Source of the DNA: Lingula anatina
Taxonomy: Eukaryota > Animalia > Brachiopoda
NCBI GenBank assembly: GCA_051362555.1
Contig: CM120644.1
Span: 20,544,534-20,608,533, forward strand
DNA length: 64,000 nucleotides
Reading direction: 5' to 3'
Each line of letters starts with the position of its first letter. The stretch's first letter is position 1. The translations under genes were made by a program, and so were the position numbers. Below the pieces are notes generated by a model, which was not told the origin of the DNA, searched no databases, and saw only the letters and a program-made list of their open reading frames with translations. This document shows positions 41,645 through 53,924 of this stretch, piece after piece.

Positions 41645-43102
41645 ATTTGATGCGCTTAGCCAAATTGATCTTTCGTTAGCCCACATCCAAATATTTTTTG
41701 CTATTGCATTACATTCCAAAGATCTACTGCCCCCCTGCTCTCTTATATAAGCAACGGCAGTGGTGTTATCCATCAATAGTTTGATGTGAATGTTCTTCTT
41801 ATCGTTACAGAGTGCTTAAAGTGAAAACTGAGCTGCCTGAAGCTCGAGAAAGTTTCATGATGAACAGACTCAGAATGTTTCCACTGACCACCTGTTTTGA
41901 TGTTCAATTCTCGACAATAACAACCCCAACCCATTGTACTGGAATCTGTTTCAAGAGTCAGATCGGGTTTTTTTACTGTAACTGGTGCTTTTGAGCCTTT
42001 TAAGCAACTTATCCACCACTTTAAATTACTTATAGCCATATCTGATATCTTAACTTTCACATCAAAGTTTCCTTTGGCATCTTTTAAAGCTGCTATTTTA
42101 TCATTTTCCAACTCGCTGTAGAAAAGTTTCCCATTGGGAACAGCAGGGAAGGTCGCAACTAAATTTCCTATAATGGTGCACAACTCTCTTATAGTTGGAG
42201 ACATTTTCTTCAAGAAAGAATGACAAAGATCAATTATCTTGCAACTTTTGGAGTCAGATATTGCCACAGTCATATCTACAGAGTTCAGAATAAATCCTAA
42301 AAATTCTATAGATTGTGTGGCTTGAAACACTGATTTTTCCGGATTTATAACAAAGCCACATTGAGTAAGCATTTCAATCGTAGCTTTGACGTTTTTGTTG
42401 CAAGCTTCAATGCTCTCTCCTTGTAAATATGTGTCATCTATATATACTACTTAAGCAAGAGAAAATTGGCTTAAGAACCTGGTGAAGACCCTGGGGCTAA
42501 TATTGAGGCCCATTGGACACGCCCTGTACTGGTATAACTTTGATTTCCATTGGAATTTTAAGTATTTTTGATATTTTTCAGAGACAAATATGCAATAATA
42601 TGCATCAGAGAGATCAATACTTGATTGCCAGCAGTTAGGCGTCATCATTTTTATTGCTGTTTGCAATGAATCCATTTTAAAATGGTGATTATCAATGCAC
42701 TCATTTAACTCTTTTAGATTACAAATGAGTCGGTATTTCCCGCTCTTTTTTCATTCTCAAAAAGATGGGTGAAATTAATTTACCAATTTCCATTGGAGAT
42801 TCAACGATAATTTTCTTTTGTAATTACCTCCGTATTTCCTTTTCTATTTCTACGGTTTCAGAGGCATTGAATTTTGCCTCCCTTATTGGCCTTGCCTGCA
42901 CTGGCATTACATGGAAATCTATTTCCATGCCTTCAATTATTCTTAATATTTCTTTGTCGGAGGTTATGGATTTCCATGTGTTTATAAAATACCATAATCT
43001 GCCTCCTTCAAAAGTAAGAATATTATTGTTAGCCTTTTTAATGGCATCTATAATAAACAGTGAAAATTCACTATTAAATGTTTCTAGAGTCCTCACCTTC
43101 AT
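41645..43102 (-). pseudogene. DIRS reverse transcriptase-RNase H pseudogene
   Basis: Fragments GGRLWYFINTWKSITSDKEIL, SIDLSDAYY, CPMGLNISPRVFT, VVYIDDT (~42430-42450), GFVINPEKS, IEFLGF, LETDSSTMGWG and DNTTAVAYIREQGG lie in different frames with stops. Confidence 0.92.
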
Positions 43103-44745
43103 AGTATATAGGTTCTACTCTTTCTTGAACTTCTTTCCCCTTCTCACGCCACTCGGCCCTGGTTTGTTGAACCAGTCCTGGGGGTGTCCCTCTTGGGAAA
43201 TGTAACCCTGTCCGTGCCAGGGGTTGTACCCCGGCCTCCTCGAGTTTTTTGGCTGGTGCAGATGGACCGCGATCTGGCCCACCTTGTCCATTTCCTGTAT
43301 ATAAAACAAATAATACATCATCAATGAAAAATATATTTATAGAAACATACAGTAGTTACCACACAGAAATTACAGAGACCAAAATACATTGTTATATTAT
43401 AATTAAAACATACTGCGACAATAGACAGAGACAGTGATCAGAATACATACAGACACATTCAACGTCACAACACACAATGCACAGGAATGTATACAAGAAA
43501 TTTTGTCTATATCAAGATTCTTGCCAAGTGAATCCTCACACCCCCCCCCCCCCCCCAACACCAAACAGGTAACATTAAGCCTTGTCACCTTGAAAATATT
43601 TAAAACAGTGGGAACTAAGTGATAATTTTCCAAAATGATAATTTCTCAGGTACCACAAATAGTGCCGATGGTCACAATTCGATTAAAATGAATAGCAACA
43701 TCATTGTTGACATCAATAATATATTTACAGACACATACAGTGGTTAATAACACAGAAATTACAGCGACCAAAATACATTATTATATTATAATAAAAACAT
43801 ACAGTGGGACCGACGTGACAATTTTCCAAAATGATAATTTCTCAGGTACCACATATAGTGTCGATGGTCACAATTCCTCTGAAAAGAATCATCAGTATGG
43901 CAATATCATTGTTGCACTGACCTGTGCTGAGGTTGCGAGGTTGAGATCAGCTCAGCTGTCCCCAGTGTGATGATCATCCAGAGAACACACCTTCCTCTCT
44001 ACTGAAAACAGATAATACATCATCAATAAAAAATATATTTATATACACATACAGTATAGTTAAAAAACAGAAATAGCACAGTCTAGCAGCCCAGGACGGC
44101 TCAATTATCACCCGGGCGGTCCCTTTCCAAAAGTTGCCAGTCCGTCGGTCTGGCAATTTTCTGGCCTCTAAAATAATTGTATATCAATATGCACGTTCAT
44201 ATTAAGCAGATTTGGTTGAAATAAAACGAAAACAATGAGGCTCATCCTTCTAGAAATCAACACTGCTCTCAACAAATGAACGAAATCCGAAAGTAGGCCC
44301 TAAGTACATGCTTATTCACCGTTTTCCCAGCATGCCTAGCGCAAAGACCCTTCACCGTGTTATGAAACGTCTGATACAAAGTATCAAATGTGGCATTTAT
44401 ATGCTAGTTTAGGGGACACAATGTGTGGTCATTCAAGTTCAGAACAACACAATCTCGTCTAATTACGCAGTTAAAGTTTTGATGCTTCTATAATCTGTAA
44501 TTGTAATTGTACGATGTCTGTCCCCCCCCAAAAAAAAGATAAAAAATAAATAAATAAATAAATTGAATGACGTCACGACGCACGTTGATTATACAAGATT
44601 CCGAAGTCAGCATTACCGGTACCCCTGTCGCAGTCTACCCCCTGTAAGTATTTTGGTGCTAACAATGAATGCGATGCCCCAGCACGTAAGAAAAGAACAC
44701 AGGAAGATTACAGACAGTCAAATAAAGTGTATGATGACACCAAAG

Positions 44746-46077
44746 CAGGGCTCCACAGGTAAAAATTCAGTTCGGACAAGTGAATTTGCAGGGTGGGCTG
44801 TCCAACGGACACGATGTTTTATTAGAACTTAAGAACAAAAATCTTGAAAAAGAAATTTTTGTTGCATACTAACGTCTTCTCGTCTCTTCCTGGATGGCAT
44901 TAAAAGGAGTGACCTACATTGGTACAAAACATGTGGTCCCAAAACGAAGTCTAAGCAAACTTACTGCCAAATTATGAAAGTGAACACCTTCCAGAACTTC
45001 ACAAAACAAAATTTATATTCACATAACAGGCTGACTACTGAGTATTTATTTGTTTTAAAATCTACCTGCAATAAAGACCGTTTTTAAAATAGAAACTACA
45101 CAAGTACTGGGTACATCAGATTGGACTGGATGAACTGGATGCATCTAGTTTGTTGTCAAGGCAACATACTGCCTGTCAATCAAATGTGTTGTAGGCTATC
45201 TCCTCACAACCATTTGAAGTTGGAAAGTCAAACTTTGGGACTGAAGATCTTGTTGAAATGTTTATATTTGCATAACCTGAAATTTTGTAAGATGTTTTAT
45301 TTAATGACTCTAGCACCACCTGTGTTATTTACAGTTCAAAATTTAGTGCTGGAATTTGATAAATTAGCAAAGCTGTCACAAGTGTGATACTGATGTAAGG
45401 AAAAAAATTAGTAATAAAAATATTAGAATTTAAATAAAAAGAAGGGGAAATTTTTTTAATGACTGATTTCATTTAATTCATATATTTAAAAAAAATTAAA
45501 CACGTTACCCCTAAAAAGAGCAAATTGTTAATATAAATATCAATTTAAAAACTTTAATATTAGTGATATTTATATAAGTAAACTATTATACAATGAATAT
45601 TCTTCAATTTTTAATGAAATTTATTCAAATATTATAAAATTTGAATATTTTAATTAAATAATATAACACTGCCCCCCCCCCTCCACACCTCACAGTATTT
45701 TTTAAAGACTTGGTTAAACTTCATGTAAATCTGATATCAAATTTCAGATTTACAATAAGTGGACCCTGTACCCCAAACCCTGGGAAAAGCCCTGATTGAA
45801 GTCATGTTAAATCAGACTTATAGGCAAGATTAAATATTCAGGAGTTCACAAGTATGAAAAAATGACTTTTTATCTGAAAATAAATCCACTGCATTTTCCA
45901 GGCTCATTTGACTGAATATCTTGGTAATAAATACATTACATGTATTACACATATTAATGTTTACAAAGTTCACCGAGAGGTATGAATGGAAAGAAATTTT
46001 GGTTTTGTTGGACAGATTGGATTCAAAATAGGACACGTCAAAGGACAGGTGCTCATTAAAGTTAGTGTCTAGTCCTG
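44746..46077 (-). mobile_element. Older, diverged, inverted copy of the hAT-like element at 160-1518
   Basis: Ends CAGGGCTCC(del)ACAGGTAAAAATTCAGTTCGGACA... and ...GGACAGGTGCTCATTAAAGTTAGTGTCTAGTCCTG, colinear with the reverse complement of 160-1518. TSD not recognisable. Confidence 0.88.
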
Positions 46078-46456
46078 AAATAGGAAAAGATCAGTTGTGC
46101 CATCATGGAAAACTGAATTTTCTTGGTTAATTTGTGATGAGACTGATAGTAAAAATGTCATTTGTAACAAGCAGGTCATGCAACTAGACTGATTATGACA
46201 GACACATGCAGTGAATCACACTTTTCCGATTTGGGTTCAGAGCATAATGTTTCAGATGCTGACAGTGAAGAATCTACTTGAATTAATTCACTTTGAGATT
46301 AAGAGTCCTTGTTTCAATATTGTTCTTGCCTGCAATTGGGTTAATCAGGTAATTTTCAAAAAAATTCAGGACTGGCTACTTTTGGCCAGGGCTGGCTACA
46401 TTTCAAAGTTGCCAGTCCTGCTGTCCGGCTTCAAATTTATACGAATTTCATACCCT

Positions 46457-46681
46457 GGTTTTCCACTTATCGTGTTATGGCTGTTGCATATATACTGAAG
46501 ACGTGAAAAAACAGCATAACTTTTAAAAAAATGCTTGATCCTACTGATTTTGAACTTGACCTGCATTTTATAAATATCCATCTGTAAGTTTCAAGCACAA
46601 AAAAAAATGTGTTCTACTTAGTCTTATCCTGTTATTGTGAAAGTGCATTGTAACGACAGACGCAGATGTGTCTGTACATAA
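46457..46681 (-). mobile_element. 5' fragment of the HINE family seen at 33099-38484
   Basis: One core repeat (cacttatcgtg...cagcataact...gaacttgac) ending gacagacgcagatgtgtctgtacataaa. Confidence 0.75.
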
Positions 46682-46982
46682 ACAACTTAATTTTCACAAA
46701 AAGTTCACAGGAAAGAACATTGCAGGGTTTGACTACTGGGCTTATGAGACTAAATTTCAATATTTGCATGTTTGGATAACTTTATTTTGTTTAGTTTGTT
46801 GAAAATCAATTTTAAGATTTATTGAGCTTTCTGAGCACTAAATTCTCTCTCTCTCTTCTCACAGAAACACACAAATACACACACTCTCTCTCACATACAC
46901 ACACCCAGTAATTTTTTCCTACAGACACTTAATTTGAATAATATGGAGATTTTACATTAAGTGTGGTCTCTCTCTCTTCTCA

Positions 46983-47013
<31 letters not shown>

Positions 47014-47810
47014 ACTGTTTCACTTTCTCTCTCATAAACACACAAACATTCAATCTGGATAGCCACCAATCCCTTCTCCCCCAGAAAGCACACTATTCAA
47101 ATGATTCTATATTGCAATTATAAATACATTTCTCCCCAGGTGAAGTATACCGTGGAGATTTGTCCTTGGGACTCTCATCAATACAGAATAAGCTTTTCAG
47201 TTATTTTTATACCCGGCACATAATTTAATACCTAATTTTTTCATAGTCCTTCATTTGATTTATTTTGATTTATTTATTTTTTTGTAGCAAATTGAAGTTC
47301 CTGGAGCTCTCCCTCTCTCTTTCTCACACACAAACACACACACACACACAGACACAATCACACCACACCAGGGCATCATTGACATTTAATGAAGACTTCA
47401 GCTTCACTGTAATGTGCTGCTGCCAAGTGGACAAAGCAAGCATTACATTGTAAAATGCAGCAGAGGGGAAGGCATGCAAAACTGACCTCAGGCTGTAAGA
47501 TGTCACCTTGAAATAGAAAAGAACACATCAAACTAAAGGGAAATGAAGGAATGATTTTCTATAATTTATTGAAAAAATTTCACTTAGAATAATCCAAAAT
47601 AGAAAAAAACTCTCAATTTTCACTTACATAAGAATCTTTTTGCTTAAAAATTACTACATAAGGCCGCCCAGAAGTGATTACATCATGTATTTATTCATCC
47701 CAGTCACTGAAGAATTTTCCCCTCCCCTGTTTTTTTTTTTTTTTCAGATTCCTCCACTGCTATCCACACCTTGTTTACAGTCCCCGTTAAGAATTAAAAA
47801 TAAAGATATT

Positions 47811-47984
47811 CTGGGGTGGCGCTAGCAATTCTTTTCGTTTAGCCAAAATACTACTTTTTCATCTTTTTTTGTGTCCAAATGGTTTAAATTTGACTAAAAT
47901 AAGTCAAATCAACCCTATTTTGTTTAGCCAATTTCAGTCAGTTTTAGCATTTGGCTCAATTGGTGAGTGATAGCGCTACCCCAG
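47811..47984. mobile_element. MITE (174 bp), hAT-like, 5-bp TSD ATATT
   Basis: TIRs CTGGGGTGGCGCTA / TAGCGCTACCCCAG; ATATT at 47806-47810 and 47985-47989; internal TTAGCCAA motifs. Confidence 0.82.
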
Positions 47985-48189
47985 ATATTCTCCAAAAGGC
48001 ACAATAGACAAGCCAGTAAAGTTCAAGGGAATAACGATCCAATACAGAAAACTAGATAAACTTAAGGAAGCAATATATATATATGACTCCTGTGATTTTC
48101 TAGACAATAGGCCTATTGGTTTTTCTTGAAATGTGTTGTCAGTGTTATATATATGCTGACAAAAGAGAAAACTTAGGGGCAACACTGGG

Positions 48190-49290
48190 CATATATCTGT
48201 TAGTTTTGAAGATATGACGGGCAAGAAAATTTGCAAAGTGCAGTTTATCATGAAAATTAGGTCAAATGTCAATTTCAAGGTCACAGATTACCAGTATATG
48301 ACTTCCTATTCAACTTCAATAGTAACTATAGAGCCATTTCTGCCAGCTTTGAAGATAAAATGGAGTTAAATGTTGCAAAGTTCAGTTCATGGTGAAAAAT
48401 AGGTCAAAGGTCAATTTTAAGGTCACAGTTTGATTGCCAGTATATGACTTCCTATTCAAGTTCAATAGTAACTATGGGCGTATCTCTGCCAGTTTTGGAG
48501 ATAAGGCCACACTTTTTTATTTTTATGGATGACATCCTGCGTGCGCACCGATTTTCGTCCGTTCTCAGAAAAAAAAAAACTCACCCCCAATGGAGTTGGT
48601 TGAGAGCAAACATCCTTCTTGAATTTTGCCGGAAAATGAGCTTTCTGCGCATGCTGTTTATCGCCAATAGCCGATTTGCTGTGAAATTCATCTCTAGGAT
48701 TACTGTCAAATTACACGACAATTAAAGTCATTAAGAGGACGGACACCGTCGTTTTAGATTGGTATGCCATTGATACTGCATGACTTTTTAACATTTCTGT
48801 GAAGTGTTCATAATGCTTTAATATTCTGAGAGCACAAATAAAGACACACTGTTTGTTTAATATTTGTTTTATTGATTGGTATACCAACAAAATGCATAAA
48901 ATAACCTTAAATAGACTTGGAAATATGCAGCATATCTATTCATGACTTTTTTTTTTTACCTTTCTACGAAGTATTGACAATGCTTTAATATTTTGAGAGC
49001 ATGGATAAAGATATAGTGTTAGTTTGATACGTGTTTCTGTGGTAAATTTGCATTTCCAGCTGTGTACTGACAGCATTCCTTTACGTAAGCAGAATTTTTT
49101 TTTTTTGACTTTTTTTTTTTTTCGCCATCCATAAAAATAAAAAAGCGAAATAAAAATAAAAGGGATGGAAAAGTATATGACTTACTATTCAAATTTAATA
49201 GTAACTATGGGCGTATCTTTGCCAGTTTTGAAAGTATAAGCACTAAGCACTGCCAGTTTTGGGGATATAAGGGACTAAATGTTACAATTT
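48190..49290. repeat. Degenerate ~145-bp repeat family interrupted by a TIR-bearing insert (~48504-49150)
   Basis: atatgacttmctattcaa..aatagtaactat near 48296, 48442 and 49175; aggtcaaa.gtcaattt.aaggtcac twice. Inverted repeat cttttttatttttatggatg (~48512) / catccataaaaataaaaaag (~49126). Confidence 0.6.
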
Positions 49291-51959
49291 TGGAGTTACA
49301 GTAGAACTTTATGTGCCATAAATTTCCAACAAAAGAAATTAATTAAAATAAAGAAAAGCTCATTTTGGTTCAAATTCTTGAAGTGGGAGGTGCTCAGAAG
49401 TTCCAGATGTTCAAATTTCATGAAATAATGTCATTTTTGACCAGACGTTGTCTGCCTCGCCAAGCCTTATGTTATCTTTTCCAGACGTTCAAAATTTTAT
49501 ACATATTACTGTATTGCACATTTTACTTTCACCACCACAATGTACTTTTTGACACAGCATTACTTGTAAACCGCATGGAAAACAAAAAACAGAGACCACA
49601 TTCAGTGTTGGGCTTGACATGCTCTATCAAATGCAAAAAACAAGAGGTCTCTAGCATGGTTCCATGGTTCCAGAATTAGAGTTTCCGGTTTTGGCATATA
49701 ATGGCCACAGCTCCCGTGAAAATGCACCGATTGACCCCAAACTCACAGATATGAAAGATGACCATAATGGTAACACCTGCCAATAATATATCATAGGTTA
49801 GATCTGTGTTGTTTCTGAAAATTGGCACAAATATTTTTTTTTTCGTAAAAAATTAACTTTTTTAGAATATTTGGCCCATTTCATATCCAAGGGTATATTT
49901 GAAATCTTCACATATGACTTTCGGTCAGCCGTCTGTGAAATTTTTCCCATAATTCCTCCAGTGTGGGAGATATTTTGCATTTAATTTTACAAATTTTGGA
50001 CAAGGGTGCATTGCGATGAGCGCCACACCTAGACCCCAGCACCGAAGAAGCCCAAATTTTACATGGATAGAGTTGAGATTATACGTGACCTAAATCCAAG
50101 AGATGGGTACGCAGGTCCTTGTAGTCTAGGAGGAGAAGCAGTAACGGTGACATGGTGGTGGAGCTGGCAGGGTTTATGATAAGTTCTTTGCACATAATTT
50201 TCTTTTTTCTCATGAAGGGGAATCCATTAGTGGGATCATTTGAAGTTGCATTGGTTTTAGTTGTTTGTTAAATAAAAATCAAGTGTTTCATTCTTTTTAA
50301 AGTTAAAAAATAATTTAATTTTTCATGAATCAAACCACTGCATGTGTCTTATTCAGTTGAGGGAGACAGGAGTACTTGTATAGGAATGCTAGTTACAATG
50401 ACTTCCACCTATTGAGTTATTTTCCTTTGTGAAGATTTGTATTGGGATCACTATCAATAATACTTGTTAAAGAAGTAGATCTAGTACTTGACTGAGTATT
50501 TTTTTAAATTATTATTATTATTATTTTTTTGTCATTATGCTAGAGGCAATATTCTTTTCTTTATATGGTTAAATATATAAAAAATGTGGGGTTTTGTTGT
50601 TTTATTTTCTGAATTAATTAATCTGGACTAATCTTATTTTAGATTAATTCTGTAAGCTATAGTATTTGTAGGAAAAGCACTGCCAGTTGTACAATCACAT
50701 TACAAGCAATTGAGCAAAGAGTGGAAATGTGAGACAAGAAGCAGGTTGAAAAGAATTAGTGTCTTTACCAAAAATGAGTATGAAGGTTTAAATCTGAATT
50801 AAGGTAGGCTGTGTTAAGGATAATTCCCTATTCTTCTAAAGCACACTGTTCAACAGTGCATGATTAGAATAAATGAGCAGGTATTACCAGCCAAGACTGT
50901 AGAGCAACACCAATCTAACTTATACATTTTCAGATATCAATTTATCATGAACAAAATAAAAAGCCACCAGGATCTCCTTTGAATTACCTCCCTAATGTAC
51001 AATGTTTAATAGCCATTAAGGACCTCTTCTAGTGGGTATATAACTCTTTGAAATCTCCATGCTCAAACTTTTTTTTTTTGGGGGGGGGGGGGGAGGGAGG
51101 TTGTTTGAATGTCTTGAGGAGTCGGTCAATATTGACTAACAAAACACATCGCACAAGTATATTGTACCCATATATAACTAGAGCAGGGTGGAGCATATAT
51201 ACTGAGCTGCATGTCTGCTGACTGAAAATCTGCTTTGAAGACTAGAAAAACCAAAAATTAGCCATACATCCCTTGAAACCGGTGCAGGGAAATACTGGTA
51301 TTAAGGGATGTAGCCTCTACAGTTATGAGATTTTGCCATTCAGTACAATCCGACCAGCACTCCCACCTCTTTAAAATTTATCACCAGATTTAGACGATTT
51401 GAAAAAACTCTCAAAAAAATAATAAATAAATAAATAAAAAAGAGTAACGAAAATCAAAAACTCTGGAACAGTTTCGTGCATTCACTTATCATATATAAAA
51501 TTAAATATTCCGAAAACTGAAAAATGACGTAATTTTGCTATCCCTGTGGCTTAACGAAACTTACCCTTTTATCGTTGTTGGCATGATCCCTCTGTACACT
51601 TTCACACTTGCTGTACATCAGCTACTCTGGAATGTGGAAAATGAGTAGACTGGACACCGCCTGCAACTCTTTGCTGTTCCAACATCGATGTACGCCCATT
51701 TTACATAAAAATTCCTCAAACTCAAGTAGTTCACTTAAAATTTTACCAGGCTGAAACTAATATAGTGCGTTTCAAACAAATCTACATTTAAGCATTAAAA
51801 TATTACAAGCTGCTTTGACAGCAGAAAGCAGACGACCTCGAGTGGCATCTAAGCAAGACAAGCCAAACACGCTTTCTCAAAACACAGCGGTGAATGTCAG
51901 TTTGCTTTTAACTTTAATAAATACTAAGTATTTTAATACATCTGTGTATAAAAATAGGC

Positions 51960-52450
51960 CATCAAAAAGCACAGTAAAACAATCGACTTTTTTTTAGAGC
52001 TTTGCACTCTTGAAAAGTGATCTGGGACACGAGCGACACACTAGCGGGAACACGAGCGGGAACACGCTCGGCTGTCACCTTGATTGGATAGTAAATGATT
52101 GTCGTAAAATCGCTAAATTATTTTTAAACCGGGTGCATAAACTTGAAATCCACCTAGAACAACCTTAGACTACCACATTAATTAATAAAATTGCAAAAGA
52201 AACTATCAAAAGTGGTTAAAGCCTTCAAACCGAATGTCGTAATGTCCCCATATACTCCCATAGACATTAGTATGGAGCTTGCGGAGTCGGCCGAGGATTG
52301 CCGATTGCCGAGCGTGAGCGGGAAATATGAAACAAAGAGAGGCTGTATGAAACAAAGAGAGACAGTAGTGAGTCGCAGGAGAAAGACAGAAATCCGGCGA
52401 TACTAGTACTGTAGTCTTACACAATAGTGGCATTTCTACGACATCAGAGG
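51960..52450. promoter_or_regulatory. Candidate divergent promoter / first-exon region
   Basis: Locally CpG-rich. GCGGGAA three times (~52043, 52057, 52318), ATTGG at ~52083. Plus-strand donor GAG|GTAAGA at 52449/52450 and minus-strand donor AGG|GTAAGT at 51565/51564. Confidence 0.35.
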
Positions 52451-53398
52451 TAAGAGATATTATGTTTATTTAGCTAGATTACAGAATTCATTCGTTCTGT
52501 AATTCAACTTTCAAACATTTATAAGACGAATCTGGCGGATAATAACCTCTCTCTTTTATTGAATAAACCATAAAAGATTTTATTTTGATACTCCATATAT
52601 TTTCAAATAATAATGCCACCTTTCACCTTTTAATTGTTTCATTACAGAAAAGCACCTTAATATATGGTGGCAGCATATTTTTAATATTACCAGTATATGG
52701 TTTATGTATTTATTTGGTTATTTATTAATTTTATGATATTTGTTTTTTTTTAATACTTGAAGTCACAATTAAGTAGTTAAAATTATTAGAATCATTTAAT
52801 TATATATTAAGTCGGTAAGCAAAGATAAGGTTTATAAATAACAGTGGCTTTACTGTATTAATTTTTTTATGTATGTCATTGTCAAATTATCAAGTTTTAC
52901 TGTTGTAATTTTTTACTGACACAATACATCACAAACACCGGATAACACACACACAAAAATTATATTCTTTACTGACAAGAAACAGTTTACAAAGAATTAA
53001 TTTATGTAACTTATCTAAAAGATAAGGCAAATGATCTTGTGATAAATTTAATGAGTTTATTACCTATAGTTGCCAATAGAGTGCACTTCCCACTGCATAT
53101 TTTTTATCTACTTATCAGAATCATGTCACTGTGGGCACTCCTGGTACTGAACTGCCAATATTTACCAAAGCAATGGTAGCACACGTAAACCACTGCATTA
53201 AAAATGTTCCCAAATATGAGTTTGTAGCATCATAGGATAAATTTCTCAAACTGATAACTGCTGAGTAAAATAAAGCATTGCCAAGAATTATTTTCAAAAG
53301 AGGCACCAAAACAATCATTTCAAGTTGAAAACACAACTTTGAAAGATGTTATTATGACAAAAGGATAATGTTGAGGATTTATGATTTAATTTTTTTTT

Positions 53399-53924
53399 AG
53401 ATGTGTCTGTACATATAGCCATCACCTGCGTCTGTCGTCGCCGTCATCGTCGCCATGCACTTTTACTGATAACATGATAAGTGGAAAACTGTTTTTTCTT
53501 TTGGCTTGAAACTTACAGAACTGATGAATATTCATAATACGCAGGTCAAGTTCGAAAATCAGCATGATCAGGCCATTTTTAGGGAAGTTATGCTGTTTTT
53601 TCACTTTTTTCAGCATTTATGTAGCACCGATAACACGATAAGTGGAAAACCGTTTTACCTATTGGCTTGAAACTTACAAAATTGATGAATTTTCATAATA
53701 CACAGGTCAAGTTCGAAAATTGGCTTGATTGGACTATTTTTACAAAAGTTATGTTGTTTTTTCACTTTATTCAGCATTTATGCAGCACTGATAACATGAT
53801 AAGTGGAAAACCATTTTACCTTTTGGCTTGAAACTTACAGAACTGATGAACATTCATAATACACTGGTCAAGTTTGAAAATTGGCTTGATTGGACTTTTT
53901 TTTTTACAAAAGTTATGCTGTTTT
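53399..53924 (+). mobile_element. Partial HINE copy (5' end plus ~3 core repeats)
   Basis: agatgtgtctgtacatatagccatcacctgcgtctgtcgtcgccg followed by ~165-bp repeats; cut by the next copy. Confidence 0.8.

Larger units (their letters stand above)
40261..43300 (-). mobile_element. Decayed DIRS-group retrotransposon: 5'-truncated, frameshifted, internal deletion
   Basis: Order on minus strand: gag tail, RT, RNase H, [~440 bp foreign], YR C-terminus, ICR/right ITR structure. Confidence 0.9.
1..44082. repeat. Complex tandem array (macrosatellite-like), about 37 monomers of ~0.5-1.0 kb, interrupted by TEs; continues past the left window edge
   Basis: The marker gcactgacctgtgctgaggttg recurs about 37 times (e.g. 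~1735, 2309, 2886, 9243, 10074 ... 39607, 40142, 43916). Each monomer is one ~230-bp constant module plus 1-3 copies of a ~300-bp module with two subtypes (ccaatttcacaacagacaatg vs aacgtcacaacacacaaagcacagg), a poly-C tract and often (TTATA)n. Confidence 0.97.

Noticed and set aside
3311-43300. Ngaro RT and the DIRS YR as parts of one element or system
   Set aside because: Opposite strands, more than 30 kb apart, and each has its own distinct RT.
1-44082. CRISPR-like repeat/spacer reading of the array
   Set aside because: Units are 0.5-1 kb with homologous, not unique, spacers; there are no cas genes and the context is eukaryotic.
2541-44156. Dozens of recurrent 60-130 aa ORFs (MHTFRCLCF..., MLRLRGCDQ..., MIRIHTD...)
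   Set aside because: Translations of array monomers on both strands; frames break at poly-C and TTATA length changes, and no domain motifs are visible.
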